Assembly: GCA_036172245.1 (NCBI GenBank) | Contig: JAYWIR010000006.1 | Location: 5,208,001-5,272,000, forward strand | Direction of reading: 5' to 3' | DNA: 64,000 bases | Origin: Raillietiella orientalis | Lineage: Eukaryota | In this document: positions 1 through 13,500 of the stretch, piece by piece | How positions within the stretch are numbered: position 1 is the first letter of the stretch | Layout of the letters: each line of letters begins with the position of its first letter | Program-made: the position numbers and the translations under genes | The notes under the pieces: generated by a model | Databases searched by the model: none | What the model was told of the DNA's origin: nothing | The model's input: the letters and a program-made list of their open reading frames with translations, nothing else

Positions 1-59
1 CGATCGGGGAAGGACCTTCCACTTCTCTGCGCCAGAGGATTGCACGTGAAGGCTCTCTG

Positions 60-2620
60 CTTTTCTGGAGTGACGATATGGAACACTCAGGGCCAAAGGG
101 ACACGACTCTGCTTACTTGGAGCCCTTCTCTTCCAATGACACCTTTGGGATAGTAAGGCCGTCTGAACCAGAGGTGATTTTCTGTACGCAGTGCGGTGTT
201 GACGGGGGGGGGGGTGACGTTGCCACATGGTACTTTGCATGGATTTCCTGCCGAGGGCGTGCGGAGGGATGGCGCATCAGCAGTGTCGCCTCCGGTCCTG
301 TCGATTGCGTGGCGCCGTCGCCTCTCGGAAGGTGCGGCGGCGCTGGAAAGAGCGCGACGGGAAGGAGGAGGAAATCCCCCGGGAGGAGGAACCGTTCGCG
401 TCTGCTCGAGAAGGCGTTGAGTTTGCCCACGGGCGCAGGTTTCCTTGGCAACCGATGCCTGTGGAGAGCAGGTAGGCCTTCCTGGCTGGTGCATTGCTCG
501 TCGAGGATGGTCCCCTAGGAAGGTGCAGTTGCTACTACATTGGATTCTTCTCGCTCATGGCGTTCTTCGTCGGTCGCGACGTGCGGGCGTCAACACCATC
601 GGCTATTTCACCTTACGTGCTCTTTGCGGAAGAGGCGCGCCAAGATGGGTCTTCCTCGGATCGGCGCCCCGTTCCCCCACCGCGAGAGGGAAAGTTCGTT
701 GCTGTCGCTACGGGGTGACCTATCAGGGTTCCCGGAAGCAAGGCAGGAGGCCAGATTCCCATGCCTCCTCCTTTCCCACGGAAGTTCTCCCCCCCCCCCC
801 CGGGAGCACGCGCGCAGGACGAGGCGGGGCAGGCCTCGTGCTTTTCGTCTTCACGGCAACGCGGGAGGTGAAGAGTGGCTCGGCTGCGGCTGCCGCACCT
901 CGGGTCCCGAACGGTCGCCTGGATGAACGCGGGCCCGGGTGAAAGGAAGGAGAGGGAGGGGGAGGCGTCGGCGTCGGCGGCCGCCGCCGGAAGTCGCTCC
1001 TCTCCTCCGCGAGCGCGGGTCGGGCAGCAGTGCGTTGACACGCGAGGCGGCGAGCGGCCAAGGAAGGCGCGCTGCCTCTGACGGCGGCAGCATCCATCTT
1101 GGACCGCATATCTGAGGACCAGCCACCGGAACAATCTGGCATCGTATTGATGTCTTGCAATAATTAGGATCATGACGGATGTTTTCCCATGCAGCTTCCC
1201 CTCATGGATCATTTCGAGGAGCGCGCGAGAGGAGGCCGTGCGCTCCCCACGTCCCGGCACCCTTCCGGGATGTTGCCGCTGGGACAGCCGGAGCGTGCCT
1301 CCCAGCGGCACCTGGAAGGAGGAGCGGGAAAGGGGAGGAGGAGGAAAACAGGCGAGAGTGGCGGGGATGGGCGCGGTTGCGGAAGGGACCCCGCGCGCCC
1401 GCTAAGACACTTTCTTGATCTGCTGGCCGAGTCACGTAACGGGCGCCACCGCACCCCCCCTCCTTTCCTTGCGCGAACGGCGCATGGGTGGTACCTGCCT
1501 ATCTAGACTTCCCAAGACGATGCGGCGACTATCCTTCCGCCTTTCTCCAGGAGGACTTGCTCGCGCCGGGGTCAGCTCGTCGCCGGGGTATCCGGCCGAC
1601 GACGACGAGGGACCCGCCCCTTCCCCTAAGGCAGGCGGCGCGACAAAACGGCCGCTTTCTCCGCCGGCACCCTGGCACCCAAGCAAAGGCTCGCTCCTCG
1701 GAAGTCTTGGCAGGAGCGAGCCTTTGCTTGGAGCGACGGCGGCGGGAGGAAGGAGCAGAGAAGAGACATTCAAGGACCCTACTCGCCCGGCTTGCGCACA
1801 TCAAACGAGAGGTGCGGAAGGGACTGCCTTCCCCGCTCTCCTACCCCTTCCCTTCCTTTTCTCTCCCCAAGAGACTTCGTGGCAAAGGGACGGAAGGGTA
1901 AGCTGGGAGCGAAGGCAGCGCCTTCCTCGTCAATTCCCGGAGAGCACGCCTAGAGCTTGGGAGTCTCTTCCTCCCCTCCCCCTCTCATGCCTGTTTGGGA
2001 CCTCTCGCAGAAGAGTTCCAGGAAGTTGTAGTGAAGGCGAGAGAGTGCCGGGGATGCCAGGTGGGCAGGAAGAAATAGGCGACAAGCAGAGCGACGGAGG
2101 CATCGCAAGTCATCCGGCTCTGTGTCCTCCTCCTCCTGTGCTCCCAGACCGAACAGACAGAAGGGACCATATGTTCCCGTCTCGAGGAAGGGTAAGGCCG
2201 TGCCACAAATGCCCTCCCCGAGAAAAAGGCACTCGGAGCGTTGGGATGGAGAGAGGAGGCACACAGAGGGTGTCTCCTCCCTCCATCCCTGAGCTCACAC
2301 CATCTCCGCTTCTCCATCTTCCTCCGTGGATCCAGGTGGAGAGCCATTCCCCCAGTCCTGGGCGCAGCCTCTTTGCGAGACACACTAGTGTCAATCCAGA
2401 AATTCCCCTGCTCGCCTGGGTCGCGGTAAGGCGGACCATGCGTGCGCAGTCACGAGGAGGAGGTCGCCGGCGCCCTGCAGAAGATGCGGAAGACGTCGCT
2501 GGATGCCGACTTCTCGCCCTGTCCCCGCCCGTGCTGCATTGCTCGGCGCGGACGAGGAGGGAAGGAAGAAGGGGGAGGGGGAGGCGTGCGCAGAGAAACG
2601 AAGAGGGGACAGCGAGGGTG
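60..2620 (+). mobile_element. Highly decayed R2-like non-LTR retrotransposon remnant
   Basis: Zinc-finger-like VIFCTQCG near 175-200; RT-like traces (RRVPGSCSEG ~ PGCSEN); many frameshifts. Confidence 0.3.
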
Positions 2621-2629
2621 GTCGGCAGA

Positions 2630-3580
2630 GGCGGTCTACGCGGGGCGCTGCGGACGCCCCCCTCGACGAACCAGTCGGACAGGACGGCCTTGCGGAGTTT
2701 CTAATTCATTTTTTTTTGACCCTTATTTTTTATTCTTTAAAACGGAAAAAACCTTCCATTTTCTCCCTTATCTCCCCCCTCCTCCGTTCCTGCTGTCGCT
2801 CATTCACAGGCCGCCAGCTTCCCTGCGCTGGCTTCCCGCATCCTCTCCGGCTGATGAAAAGATGGTTGCCATGGTGAGAGAGTAGCAAGTGAGTGGGGGT
2901 GGCAGCGAGGAGTGGGTCGCGGGGATGGGGACCGCCCTGACTCCTCCGCGAACGGCGGCGAACTGGGTTCGTTGACTCAAGATGGCGGCGGCAGCGGCGG
3001 CCGCCGCCATCTTGAGATGAAACTTGCTGGCGTCAAGGGCGAAGGGAGGGGTCCCGGCCAGGGTGAGACGACCAGGGCTTCACGGCCCTTCTGCACGACG
3101 TCCGCAGGCGCCCACGGCCAGGTCGCATGGGAAACGGGAGACCTCCATCCTGCTCCTTGAGGGGTGCGGTGGCACCTGCAATGTGGCCTCCTGTTGGCTG
3201 CTGCCCCTGCAAAGATGGCGGTCAGGGCAAAGACCCAGAAGCTCCAGTTTTTTTCCAACGGAACCGGGAAGGCGGCGCTGTCGGCGGGGTCCGCTCCTCC
3301 TATTCTCGCACCATTGCCAAGAAGAGGACTTTGGGCGGAGAGAGCAGAGGGCGCGCCACCCGCGCGCTGACGCTTTTGGCACGAAGCCTCGCGGCTGCAA
3401 GACACTGGCTCTTTGCCGCCGCCCCGCTCTAAGCGCCAGCGACCTCCATGACCCTATCTCCCCATCCACCCCCCAAGCCAGGTATCCGCTCAGGTCGGAG
3501 GGAATGCCGGGGAGTTTCCCGCCAGTTTCCTCCCCCCTCCCCTGCCGCTAAGGACAGGGGCAAGCGAGAAGTTGGGAGGG
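2630..3580 (+). repeat. Left arm of ~0.9-kb inverted repeat
   Basis: Near-identical reverse complement of 7581-8427; this arm has 104 extra nt (3338-3441). Confidence 0.95.
2976..3016. promoter_or_regulatory. Perfect 17-bp palindrome of two YY1/PHO consensus sites (second copy at 8041-8081)
   Basis: CTCAAGATGGCGGCGGC-7nt-GCCGCCGCCATCTTGAG; function is inferred only. Confidence 0.55.
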
Positions 3581-4399
3581 CCAGGGAGGATCTGCGAAAG
3601 AAAGGCCGGCTCGGCAGCCGCTGCCTGGAGCGTTGGACTTTGAAGAATTCCGCTGGCGAATGGAGTACGTGGAGGGGAGGGGAGGGGGGAAGAAGAGAGG
3701 TGGAGGGGGGGAGGGAATATCAGATCCGCCGCCGCCGCTCCTAATGAGTCTCCGGGAGAGGCGCCGGGATGGCAGCTCCGCGTGCGCTGGCCCGATTTTC
3801 ACGCGCCGGTGATCCGGCTTTTCCCTCATTTGCCTGGCAAATTGTCACTCGCTCCCGGGGGCAGCGGCTGTCAGAGGCCGGCAGATAGCGGCGGACCTTC
3901 CGGACACGAAGAGAGGCGAGGGTGGCCGCTAACGGTGCCGGGCCGGCGCGCGCACGCGCGCCTCCTGCAGGATCGGCGCTCCCCGATCGGGGACCCGCAG
4001 GCAGCGAGCGGAGAGGCGCTTCCCGGAAAGCAGAGCGGGCGGAGCGGGATCCTGCCCTGGGCCACAAACGGGTCATGGAAACGTTCCACTTCCTCCTCCT
4101 TTCATCCTCTTCCTTTATTCCTCTTTCTCCCTTCCTCTTCTTGTTTTTCTCCTTCTCCTCCTCCCTTCCTCTTCCTCGCTTCTCGGTACTCCTTTCCTCC
4201 TCCTCCTCCCTTCCTTCTTCTTCCTTCCTCATTATCCCTCGCGCTCGTCACAGGACCTTGGAGCAGAGGTCTCGAAGGTCGACCGCCGCTCTCGCCTGCT
4301 GAGGCCGTGGGGTGCCGCCATGCTGGACACAGGGCGCGGCTGTCTCGCCTGCTGCGTCGTGGCGGTGGGTTGCCAGAGAACCCTCGCGTGTCGGCGCGC

Positions 4400-7300
4400 G
4401 TGCGCCAAGAGCGGTCTCTCCCTCCGCCCCTCTCGCGCGCTTCCGGCGGCCACGTCGATCGCTCTGGAAGGCGACGCGACCTATCGGCTGGCAACACCTT
4501 GGCGCGACTTCCGCGCTTCCGTCCTACTCCTCCTGCTGCCCCGCATCGCGCACTTTCATTTTTCCCTGCTTCCGTTGCGCAGCGTTTTCTCCCCGCAACG
4601 CTGAAGTTGCTCCTCCAAGAGCGGCGGGTAACGCATGGGGGGAGGGGAGGGGATCTCTTGAAACACCGAGGGTTCCTCGAGAAGCACGGATTTTACAGGG
4701 TTGTCACGCGTGTAGCGCAGCTCCTAGCGCTCTTGTAAAGGCAGGGTGAGGTTCCACCCTTGAGGGTGAAATTCCACGCCGCTGTGCCCGCAAAGGAGGG
4801 AGGTCGGGGAAAGTCGCTGCAGCCAAGCGGTTGCCCGTCGACGCGAGAGGCAGAAGGAAGAAGAGCGACGTCGTCCCGTCTGCATCCTCAGCTCCCTCGC
4901 GTAGGGAGAGGACACGCCGCCCATTTGTAAGAGGAGCGTCTCTGATCGCCACTTGGTGACCGTGGCGCCGCTCGCCTCTGTTCGTAGGCCATCAGGAGGT
5001 CGGTGAGACATTTGGTATCCCTGTCGGCCGAGGACAGCACTCATGCGATCCAGGCTCGTGGCTGTCCCGAGCCAAAGTCGAGAACTCTGCTGATGACCTA
5101 CTGGGGTACAGGTCGTGAAAGGACTCCGTTAGGGACATCGACCCCCATTCCCACGCAGCGTAGGTCATTGGTCAACGGTATGATAAGGGGAAAGCGTTCC
5201 TCGCTGACTACCAGGTCCGGGAGCGACTGACCTTTATCCACCAGACGAGGCGAAGCACTGACCAGCCCTCTCGACCACGCGGCAGGCATCTCCCAGCTCA
5301 CCACGCGTCTCCCAGCCCCTAGAAGGACGATCTCAGCGATGGTGGATGGGAGAGCAATGCCCGCGGCAAAGAGTTTTTGGACGCCGCCCTCCGGGGGCTG
5401 CTTCCAGCAACCTCATCTTCCCTCTCTCCTCCTCCTCCCTTTATCCTCCTTTCCCTCCTCGACTCTTACTCCTCCTCCTCCCTTCCCCCTTTCTCCTCCT
5501 TTTCTTGCTCCTGCTCCCTCCCTACCGTCCACCTACCTTCCTTCTCCTTCTCTTCCTCCTCTAGGTACTCTCGAAAACGCATCCAGGACGCAGATGCGTT
5601 CCCCGTAACTTCCAGGCACCGGGCGTCCCGGATTCCCTGGTCGCTCTTGTTGCCAGAAAGAGCGCGCAACCCCTGCCAAGAGGCGCCCTTCTTCCGTCTC
5701 TAAACGGCGGATTCTCAGCAGAGAGGAACGGGAGGTGCAATCTCGGCGTGGGCGTGTCCCCGACTCCCCTTCGCCGGCTTATCTTCTGGTCGAGCCTCAT
5801 CCATCACTCCTGGCAACGAGGGTCCCGCGAAGAAGACGTCGATTTGTTACGCAAGCAGATCATCATGCCATCATCATACTCGGCGGTTTCGGGGCGCGGT
5901 CCACGTCGACGGGAGGGCAGCTTCCGCGTTTCCCACGGGGATGTGCGCAACCGCCACCTACGCATCTCCCCCTTTCCCTCCACCTGCCCGCGAGTGGGCG
6001 TAGGGGAGCAACCACTGACCTTGGAGCCGTCGAGCGGGGTCGTTAGCCGTCCGAGCCTCCCTCAGCGTCTGGTCCCGGCTTCCGCAGACGGAAAGGAGGG
6101 GCAGCGAAGAGGGCCGAGGGCCGTGCGCCCGCACCTCGGCCAAGGGCGAGGCCTCCTCAGGCGCGCACCGTTTCAGTCTCCCGACTCTGCAGCCCCGCAG
6201 TTCGTCTGCGGGACATCTCTGTGGCGCCCCACTCTCCTCCTTATCTATAGAGCAATTAAGATCGCTGGCAGGTCTCGGAGTATCGGCGGCTTCCCGGTGA
6301 TGGATCGGAGGAGCGGGTGCGAAAGGCGTCCGCCTTTCGGTTCCCGGCCGCTCCCCTCACGGGAGAGAGGGAGCTCCTGCTGCTGCGCCGCCTCCGTCTC
6401 CTGGACCGGTAGCCGTCCGGCGGTCTCTCTCCAGCGGGAGCTGTCGCCGGGTGCGGACTTCCCATCGCACGTGGCTTCCCGACGCGCGGGACCGCCTGGG
6501 TCTTCCCCTACAGGCCTCGAGACGCATCGCATCTTCGAGACACGTCGAATCGCGGGCAGCGATCCGGACCGCGGCCTCGTGCCGGCGGTTTCGCCCACCT
6601 CCTGGCGTTGCGGGCAGCTATGCTGTCATGGACTTCAGAGAAGCAACGCATATCCTGCAGCCGGAGAGCCGCCAGTGGAATGCAATTCCCCTCGTCTCTT
6701 CTGTTCGCTTCTTCCCTCCGGCCCTTTCTCCTGCTGCTCTTTCCTTCGTCTCCTCCCACCTTCCTTCCTCCTCCTCCCTTTTTGCTCCTCCTCCCACTTC
6801 TTCCGTCTCCTCTTCTCTTTTCTCCTCCCGCTTTCTCCTTTCTTTTTCCTCTTCTCATCCTCCCTTTCCTCCTCCTCTTCCCCTTGCCTCTTTCTCTTTC
6901 TCCATTCCCCCTCTCTCCTCCCTCCCTCTTCCTCTTTTCCTTTTTCTCCTATTCCTCTCTTCCTCCTCTCCTCTTCGTTTTCCTCTTCTTCCTCCTAAAA
7001 TTGCAGAAGGACCTTCCTTGTAGGCGTCAGCAGCAGCTCCAGGCAACTCACTTTACGTACCTACGAAAAGGCTGGTGGTGATGGGGTGATGGGCTGCCCG
7101 GTGGGCAATGGGGAAAGTGGGGAGAGCGTCCAGTTCCTCCGAGCGATGTTGTCGTGGTACCCGGCGCAGACAAAGGTGGAGGGATCGGCGCGGCATATCC
7201 AGGAGGTCCCTCTTACCCTTATTCGGAAGCTCCATGAGGGCAGACGCCTCGCTCCAGTCGCCTGCAGGAAGAGCGATCTCCGCTTCCTTCCTCGCCTCGC

Positions 7301-7550
7301 CTCGGCGGACCAATGAAATCGCTGCGCGCCTCCATCCCAGGCGCCATCCTCTGGGCACCTAGGGTGGAGTCGAAAGCCATTCAACCAGGAATGACAGGAT
7401 GAAGGTGCCCGGGCACCTCCTGCCGGGTCGAGGGCGCTCTAGGAGCGGTGGCATGTGGTCGGATCCTTTGCAGCCGACGGGAACGATGAGCACTGGGGTC
7501 TCTCTGGGGACCCCTTCCTTCCAGGACGCTCCTCCGCTCAGCACCAATCA
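4400..7550 (-). mobile_element. Decayed R2-like non-LTR retrotransposon remnant
   Basis: Motifs in the expected order: PTCHRS zinc finger (~7450), Myb-like RFHWSAE..RKEAEIAL (~7260-7330), RT traces DG...FFLL...LAAATFPDL (~4800-4890) and GVFQ/DPL ~ GVxQGDPLSP (~4645-4670). Confidence 0.5.
6690..6996. repeat. Polypyrimidine (CT-rich) low-complexity tract; similar tracts at 4085-4230, 5415-5560, 34790-35000 and 55015-55180
   Basis: Near-pure C/T or G/A strand composition. Confidence 0.85.
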
Positions 7551-7580
7551 TTTGCTCCCAGCTATTCCCTCGCAGCTCCT

Positions 7581-8427
7581 CCCTCCCAACTTCTCGCTTG
7601 CCCCTGTCCTTAGCGGCAGGGGAGGGGGGAGGAGAATGGCGGGAAACTCCCCGGCATTCCCTCCGACCTCAGCGGATACCTGGCTTGGGGGGTTGATGGG
7701 GAGATAGGGTCATGGAGGTCGCCCAAAGTCCTCTTCTTGGCAATGGTGCGAGAATAGTAGGAGCGGACCCCGCCGACAGCGCCGCCTTCCCGGTTCCGTT
7801 GGAAAAAAACTGGGGCTTCTGGGTCTTTGCCCTGACCGCCATCTTTGCAGGGGCAGCAGCCAGCAGGAGGCCACATCGCAGGTGCCACCGCACTCCCCAA
7901 GGAGCAGGATGGGGGTCTCCCGTTTCCCATGCGACCTGGCCGTGGGCGCCTGCGGACGTCGTGCAGAAGGACCGTGAAGCCCTGGTCGTCTCACCCTGGC
8001 CGGGACCCCTCCCTTCGCCCTTGACGCCAGCAAGTTTCATCTCAAGATGGCGGCGGCCGCCGCTGCCGCCGCCATCTTGAGTCAACGAACCCAGTTCGCC
8101 GCCGTTCGCGGAGGAGTCAGGGCGGTCCCCATCCCCGCGACCCACTCCTCGCTGCCACCCCCACTCACTTGCTACTCTCTCACCATGGCAACCATCTTTT
8201 CATCAGCCGGAGAGGATGCGGGAAGCCAGCGCAGGGAAGCTGGCGGCCTGTGAATGAGCGACAGCAGGAACGGAGGAAGGGGGAGATAAGGGAGAAAATG
8301 GAAGGTTTTTTCCGTTTTAAAGAATAAAAAATAAGGGTCAAAAAAAAATGAATTAGAAACTCCGCAAGGCCGTCCTGTCCGACTGGTTCGTCGAGGGGGG
8401 CGTCCGCAGCGTCCCGTGCAAACCGCC
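7581..8427 (-). repeat. Right arm of ~0.9-kb inverted repeat
   Basis: Matches 2630-3580 with scattered transitions; the ORF track shows the same peptides on opposite strands. Confidence 0.95.
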
Positions 8428-8429
8428 AG

Positions 8430-11400
8430 ATACGCGAGCGTCCTCCAGCTCCTCGCTCCACCTTAGGAAAGAGGCGAAACGCCTCTGGGTCCGGGGCCAC
8501 TGAGCCGCTGTCCGAGGAATCGGCGTGGACTACATCATTTCCGTTCTCGAGGGGGACGTCTCCGGGACGGACTGTCCATCCCGAAGGGGGGAGGGAGCGA
8601 ACATAGCGGTTGGGCGAAAGCGCGTCCGAGGGATTTTCCTCCCATGCGTGGACCCGGAGAGCCGCCACCCGAGAGGAGAGCATGGTTGCCAAGTCCTCGC
8701 GCACGCGCACCAGTTCGGATCTACCGGAGGGGAGAGAGGACACGTCACAGTCGGTCTCCTAGCAGCAGCACTGACGCCATCCTGCGGGCACTCGGGGGCG
8801 ACTCTTCGCCCCGCAGGTTTGAGATGAAGGGGAGGGTGGTTTCTCTCTTTCCTGCCCAGCCTCTCGCGCTGCCGCTGGGATACTCAGGTCAGACCGAGGA
8901 GAGGGGGAAGGCTCCATCGGCCGTCGTGGGAGGGAAATGGAAGGAAAGAGGGGGGAGGGGAAGAAGAAGCTATCAGGCGCGCTTCTCCGTTGTTAGACGA
9001 CGGGCGAGTTCATTTTCTGCCCTTGCCGCCGCCGCCATCTAGAGATCGGCGGCTGCCAGCGAGAATTTCCACTGCGCCTCCTGGGAATGTGTGCTCCAGA
9101 TGCCCGTTAAGTCCCTGGTCCATTTCCTCCCTTTCCATTTTCTTCCGTTCCCCCTGGCCCCATGGCGAATGACCGGATGAGCTTCCGGAAGTCGCCATAC
9201 TGGCGACTCCGAAAGAGTGCAGTCGCCTGCAGTCCCTTCCAACAGCCCACGGAACTTGGAGGGATCCCCTGCTGCCATCCTTACCGGGAATGGGGTTGCA
9301 CATTGAACTCACCTTGGACTACATCCGATCCGCCTTGCCCGGGTCGCACGCAGCCAACGGGGCGTACCCTCTCCAGGAAAGCGCATTCTCTTCCAGTCGA
9401 CCTCGGCCTTCCTCAGGGTGCCAGCGTTCTCTCCGGCGCCCCAAGACCTTCCTGCCGTAGACGACTTTCCAAGTCGACCCCCTGGATTGAGGAGTTCCCC
9501 ACGAGGAGTGCGCCGCTATCGGAAGCGGCGGCTGCCGTCCCTCGCTCGCTCGCACCGCGCTCGTTGCTACGCTACGTGCGCGCTACTTTTCTGCGTCGCC
9601 GCTCGTGGTGTTGCGCCCGCGTGCGTTTGTCGAGTGGGCGCTGCACGCGGTGGAGAGCCGGGGTCGCGCGCTTCTCCGAGAGGAAGGCCGAGAACAGTGG
9701 CCATGACAACTCGCCGCCGACGGGAGTGTGCGGGCGCGGAGGTTCCGCCCACGCAGCGCGAGGTTGCCACGCCGAAATGGGGTCGGCTGGACAGCAAGGC
9801 ACACTGGGGAGGAAACTGTGCCCCCCTTTAGGGAGGAGTGGGGTCTGCGCGCCTTCAGGAGAGCGCCGTCCTGTGCTTCCTCTTCCCCTTTACTCCCCTT
9901 CCTTCCGCACCTGCTACGAAGGCCAGTCGGTCGTCCAAGGAGCGGACTGCGCTCGCGAGGACCCGAGGCAGCCACCATGCTGCTAGCGTTCTTCCCCGAG
10001 GCTCCACCTAGTGGGGTCTTCGACCTCGAAAGATGTGGCGGTGAGGTAGGCCCCATCTGGAAAGCAAGGTCGGAAAGAAAGCTCCTCTCTCCCTTGCCGA
10101 GACCCCTCGGTTGCTGCGTCAACGGCTCCTTGTCTCCAGACGCTCGGGAGTAGAGAAGAACGCCAGGGGAGCGCTGAAGATGAGGTTGGGATCCTTCCGC
10201 CGAAGGGCCGAGCGTGCGGGAATGGGAAGGGGGATTGACCTGCTCCCACAGCTTGACTCTTTTCTTACCGGAAAGAAGGAACGGGAGCGCAAACCTGGTC
10301 TTCCGGGAGGCGCGCGAGTGGGCGCGACCGGGGAACGGCAGGCGGCCCGCGGATCGCAAGCGTCCGAAGCGCTCCGGCGCTTGCGCCCAGACCTGATGGC
10401 GACCGCTCAGGGAAGTTTCGGGTGGGCGGCAGCAGCGTCCATCCTTCTCTCCATTTCCTCCTCTGATCGCCCACCCCGAGCGACAGGAGGGCAAATTTCC
10501 AGGGGGATCCTCCCGCCGGATCCCACTCGCCTCATCGCCGGGATGCCCGCTGAGTCAGGAGGAGAATACAGGCGCCCCCCTGCTGCCCTCTTGCCCGGAA
10601 ACCCCTCGGTTGCGGCCGGGGGTGGTCTTTCTCTAGAGAAGGCCCCTCAGGTAACCCTTCGCGTGGTCCTAGAGCCGAGAGGGTGCCCTCAGTGCGCATC
10701 TCCGGCGTCATGGGAGCTGGGCGGCCCCTTGCGGACTCCCTGGACATTAGCAGTTCTCCCCCACATCTCATCAAGAACAAATGGGTGAGGGAAGACAAGG
10801 GCATTGACCTCGGCGCTTGGTGCGGTGTCTGGAAGCAGCATCAGACGACGGCTATGCCGCCGCCTGCGGCGGAATGCGTGGTCTACAACCCTCCTTGGGC
10901 ACACCTGTGTCACTCAGCCCGCCCTATGCGGAACGTCGGTTCCCTCCGCTGAGGGCGGGCGCACTTTCCTGGGCCCGAGAAGCGAGATGGACGGGACGGG
11001 CGCGCCCTCGCCGAGCGGCGGCGCGTGCGCAAGCGCGACGCCGCGCGAAGACGCGCTGACCTCCGGTCCGCTATCGGGCCGATTATCGGTCGCGGGGCGT
11101 CGTGGGGCTCCCCCTCGTCCTCGGAGGACGGGGACGAGGGGGAGACCACTTACCGGAGGTTTGACGAAGATGGAAGATGATCCGACCCCGCCCGCCTCTG
11201 TGGGAACCATCCGGAGGCTCGATAAGGGGGGAGCCCCGATGGCGGAGAGGGGAGAGAGCGAGAGGGGAGGCGAGGAAGGCGCGGCCGGAGGGCAAGGATA
11301 CCTCCGACCCCCCTCCCCTTCTCCAGCATCCTCCGTCTCCTGTCCCGAGAGGCTCTGCCAGAGATATTCTGGTCTGCGTTCTGCGGCGGCCGGGGGTCGA

Positions 11401-13500
11401 ACTCGCTTCCAGATCTCAGGGAAGCAGGGAGACCCGGATCCGCGCTGCCCAGGGGAGGACGCGGCAGAGCGCGCTCCGGGTTGTGCTCGCGGACTCGACA
11501 GGGCTCGCCCGCGGCGGTAGCTGGGCGGGCGCGACTTGCAGACCTCGGGAACTCCCGTTCCCTCCTCCCTCCCCATTTCCCTGAATCCCCCCGGAGAGGA
11601 GAAAAAAGAACGGATTTTTTTTTTTTTTTTCAGGGCGGAGGCCGAGCTCTCGCCGGCGAGTCTTGTTCACCGCAGTGACGTCACGCGCGCCGCGCGTTTT
11701 TCGCTGTTTCACTCGATTTTATTAATTGGAGCGGTGCCGCCCACGGTTGCCGAGGGCCGCATCTCCGCGATGCCCGCTCCGGCACGCGGGCGGCGCGCAC
11801 CGCCGGCGAGCAGGAGGTGGAGGTGAACCGCCGCTCGCGCGGGACTGGTGTTAGCGTGGGCGTCCTCCGACTTCCTGGCCGGAACTGTTCAGGAGGGAGC
11901 ACACCCCATGAGACTGAAGGATCCACCGAAGGATCAAAAGCAGAGACCACGTTAGTAGCCATTTCATTTCTTTGCTGTCGCTCTCCCTCCCCCCATGCCC
12001 TACTGTCTTCCTCCCCCCCTCCTCTTTCCGTTCAGGGGACAGGTGTCGGTAGCTGCTATGCCTCTTCGGCCGGTGGGGTGGAGGCGCGCCCTCAGCTCGT
12101 CCCATCCCGATCGGCCGTCGCCAAGAGCAACGCCGTCTATGCTTTCTCATTGTTCCTGTGAGAGGCCCAGCACCAGGCTGGCTACGCGGCGGCGTCGGGA
12201 TGTGCGGACCGCAGCTCTATGAGGGGATCGGAGAGAGGAAGGGGGTTTCCACCCGGGTGGAAGGGGGGTGGGGTTGGTTTAGGAGACTCCGCCGTTGGAG
12301 GGATTCCTTGCGACGATCCGAGGCACCCCACTCGCCGAACAAATGACCAGCGAGTGGGGTGCTGCCGCGCACCCTGCCTCAAGAGGGATCTCGGACCGAT
12401 CCGGATGCAGCTCGGTGCTGATCGAGGGGATCCTGCAGTGCCGAAAGTCCCGTTCCTCCCCCCCACTTCTCTATCCCGCGCGCGGTCCGAATCCGCGAGA
12501 TCCGCCCAGTGGTTCTCCTCGACCCCGCTGCCTCGCGCTTGCAGGGGGACCCCTTCTCTCGTGGGCGCTTCATCCCGAGCGCGCGGCGTGGCGAAAGAGA
12601 TTCCCCGTGGCCATTGCCCACGGTCGGAACGGAACGACACTCAACGGGTGGAACGCAAACCATTGGGTGTCCCGTCGGGAACTCACGGCGCGATCCCGAC
12701 AGAGTGGAGTCTGCCGTCTTACGGGTCAACGTGCGAGATGCCGTCCCGCAGGAGAATGGGAGCAGGAGGTAGCGGCCGTGCAAGAGAGGCAAGCTGCTAC
12801 CGAGCCAACATGGCTGCTTCCCCCCGGAGAAGCCGGCGTCTCAGGCGGAATCTTCGCCTGATGTGTGCTGTAAAGAAAGTGGGGTCGCCAACGAACGCAG
12901 GCATTTCCTCAAGGTCGGGTCGATGCCACCATCTCATGAATAATTTGGAAATCGCAGCGAGATCGGGTCCCTCTTCCGATGAACCTGAGGGGAGCTGCCG
13001 TAGGGCGACAAGGGGGTCTCCTCTGCCTTGGAGAGAATGGGACTGAGAGACGTGAGCGCCCAGGAAGACGGGTGAGGGGATTTGCCCCCTATCCGATAGG
13101 GGACGTGACCTCGACAGCGATACATGGCCGGCAGAACCAGCAGGCAGTGCTGCGTGCCGTGAGCGACCCCTCTTGAGCCTCGCGCAGAGTTTGCCCTAGC
13201 CACCACCTGTTCCCCCTGGAGGGGAGTGAAGGGGTTGACCTGTCAAGAGTAATTAGCATATTTTGATGTCGTGTCCAATTATCGCGAGTAAACCACCGCA
13301 ATTAGGAGCTTGAGCGAATGGGACGCGAGTGGTTGAGTGGCTCCAAATAACCCCTGGTTCTCAACGCTCGTTGGCGGCTCCCGAGCCAACCAATCAACCT
13401 CTACCGGGATGACGGGTATTTCCACCCCAGTCTTCCTCGTAGGTGAGCAGAAAGATGTGGGATGGAGGCGCAACAGTGTGTGTGGAATAGAAGCTCCGTA
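8430..13500 (-). mobile_element. Decayed, interrupted R2-like non-LTR retrotransposon remnant
   Basis: Myb-like GEAAMLAR (~12800); a PTGHP peptide similar to PTGQP in the 7090 copy; RT trace ADPISAWQP (~9770); thumb-like RVHAWEENPSDALSPNRY (~8600-8660). Confidence 0.42.

Noticed and set aside
11675..11684. CRE palindromes TGACGTCA (also 15720 and ~37777)
   Set aside because: Isolated 8-mers in CpG-rich DNA with no independent support.
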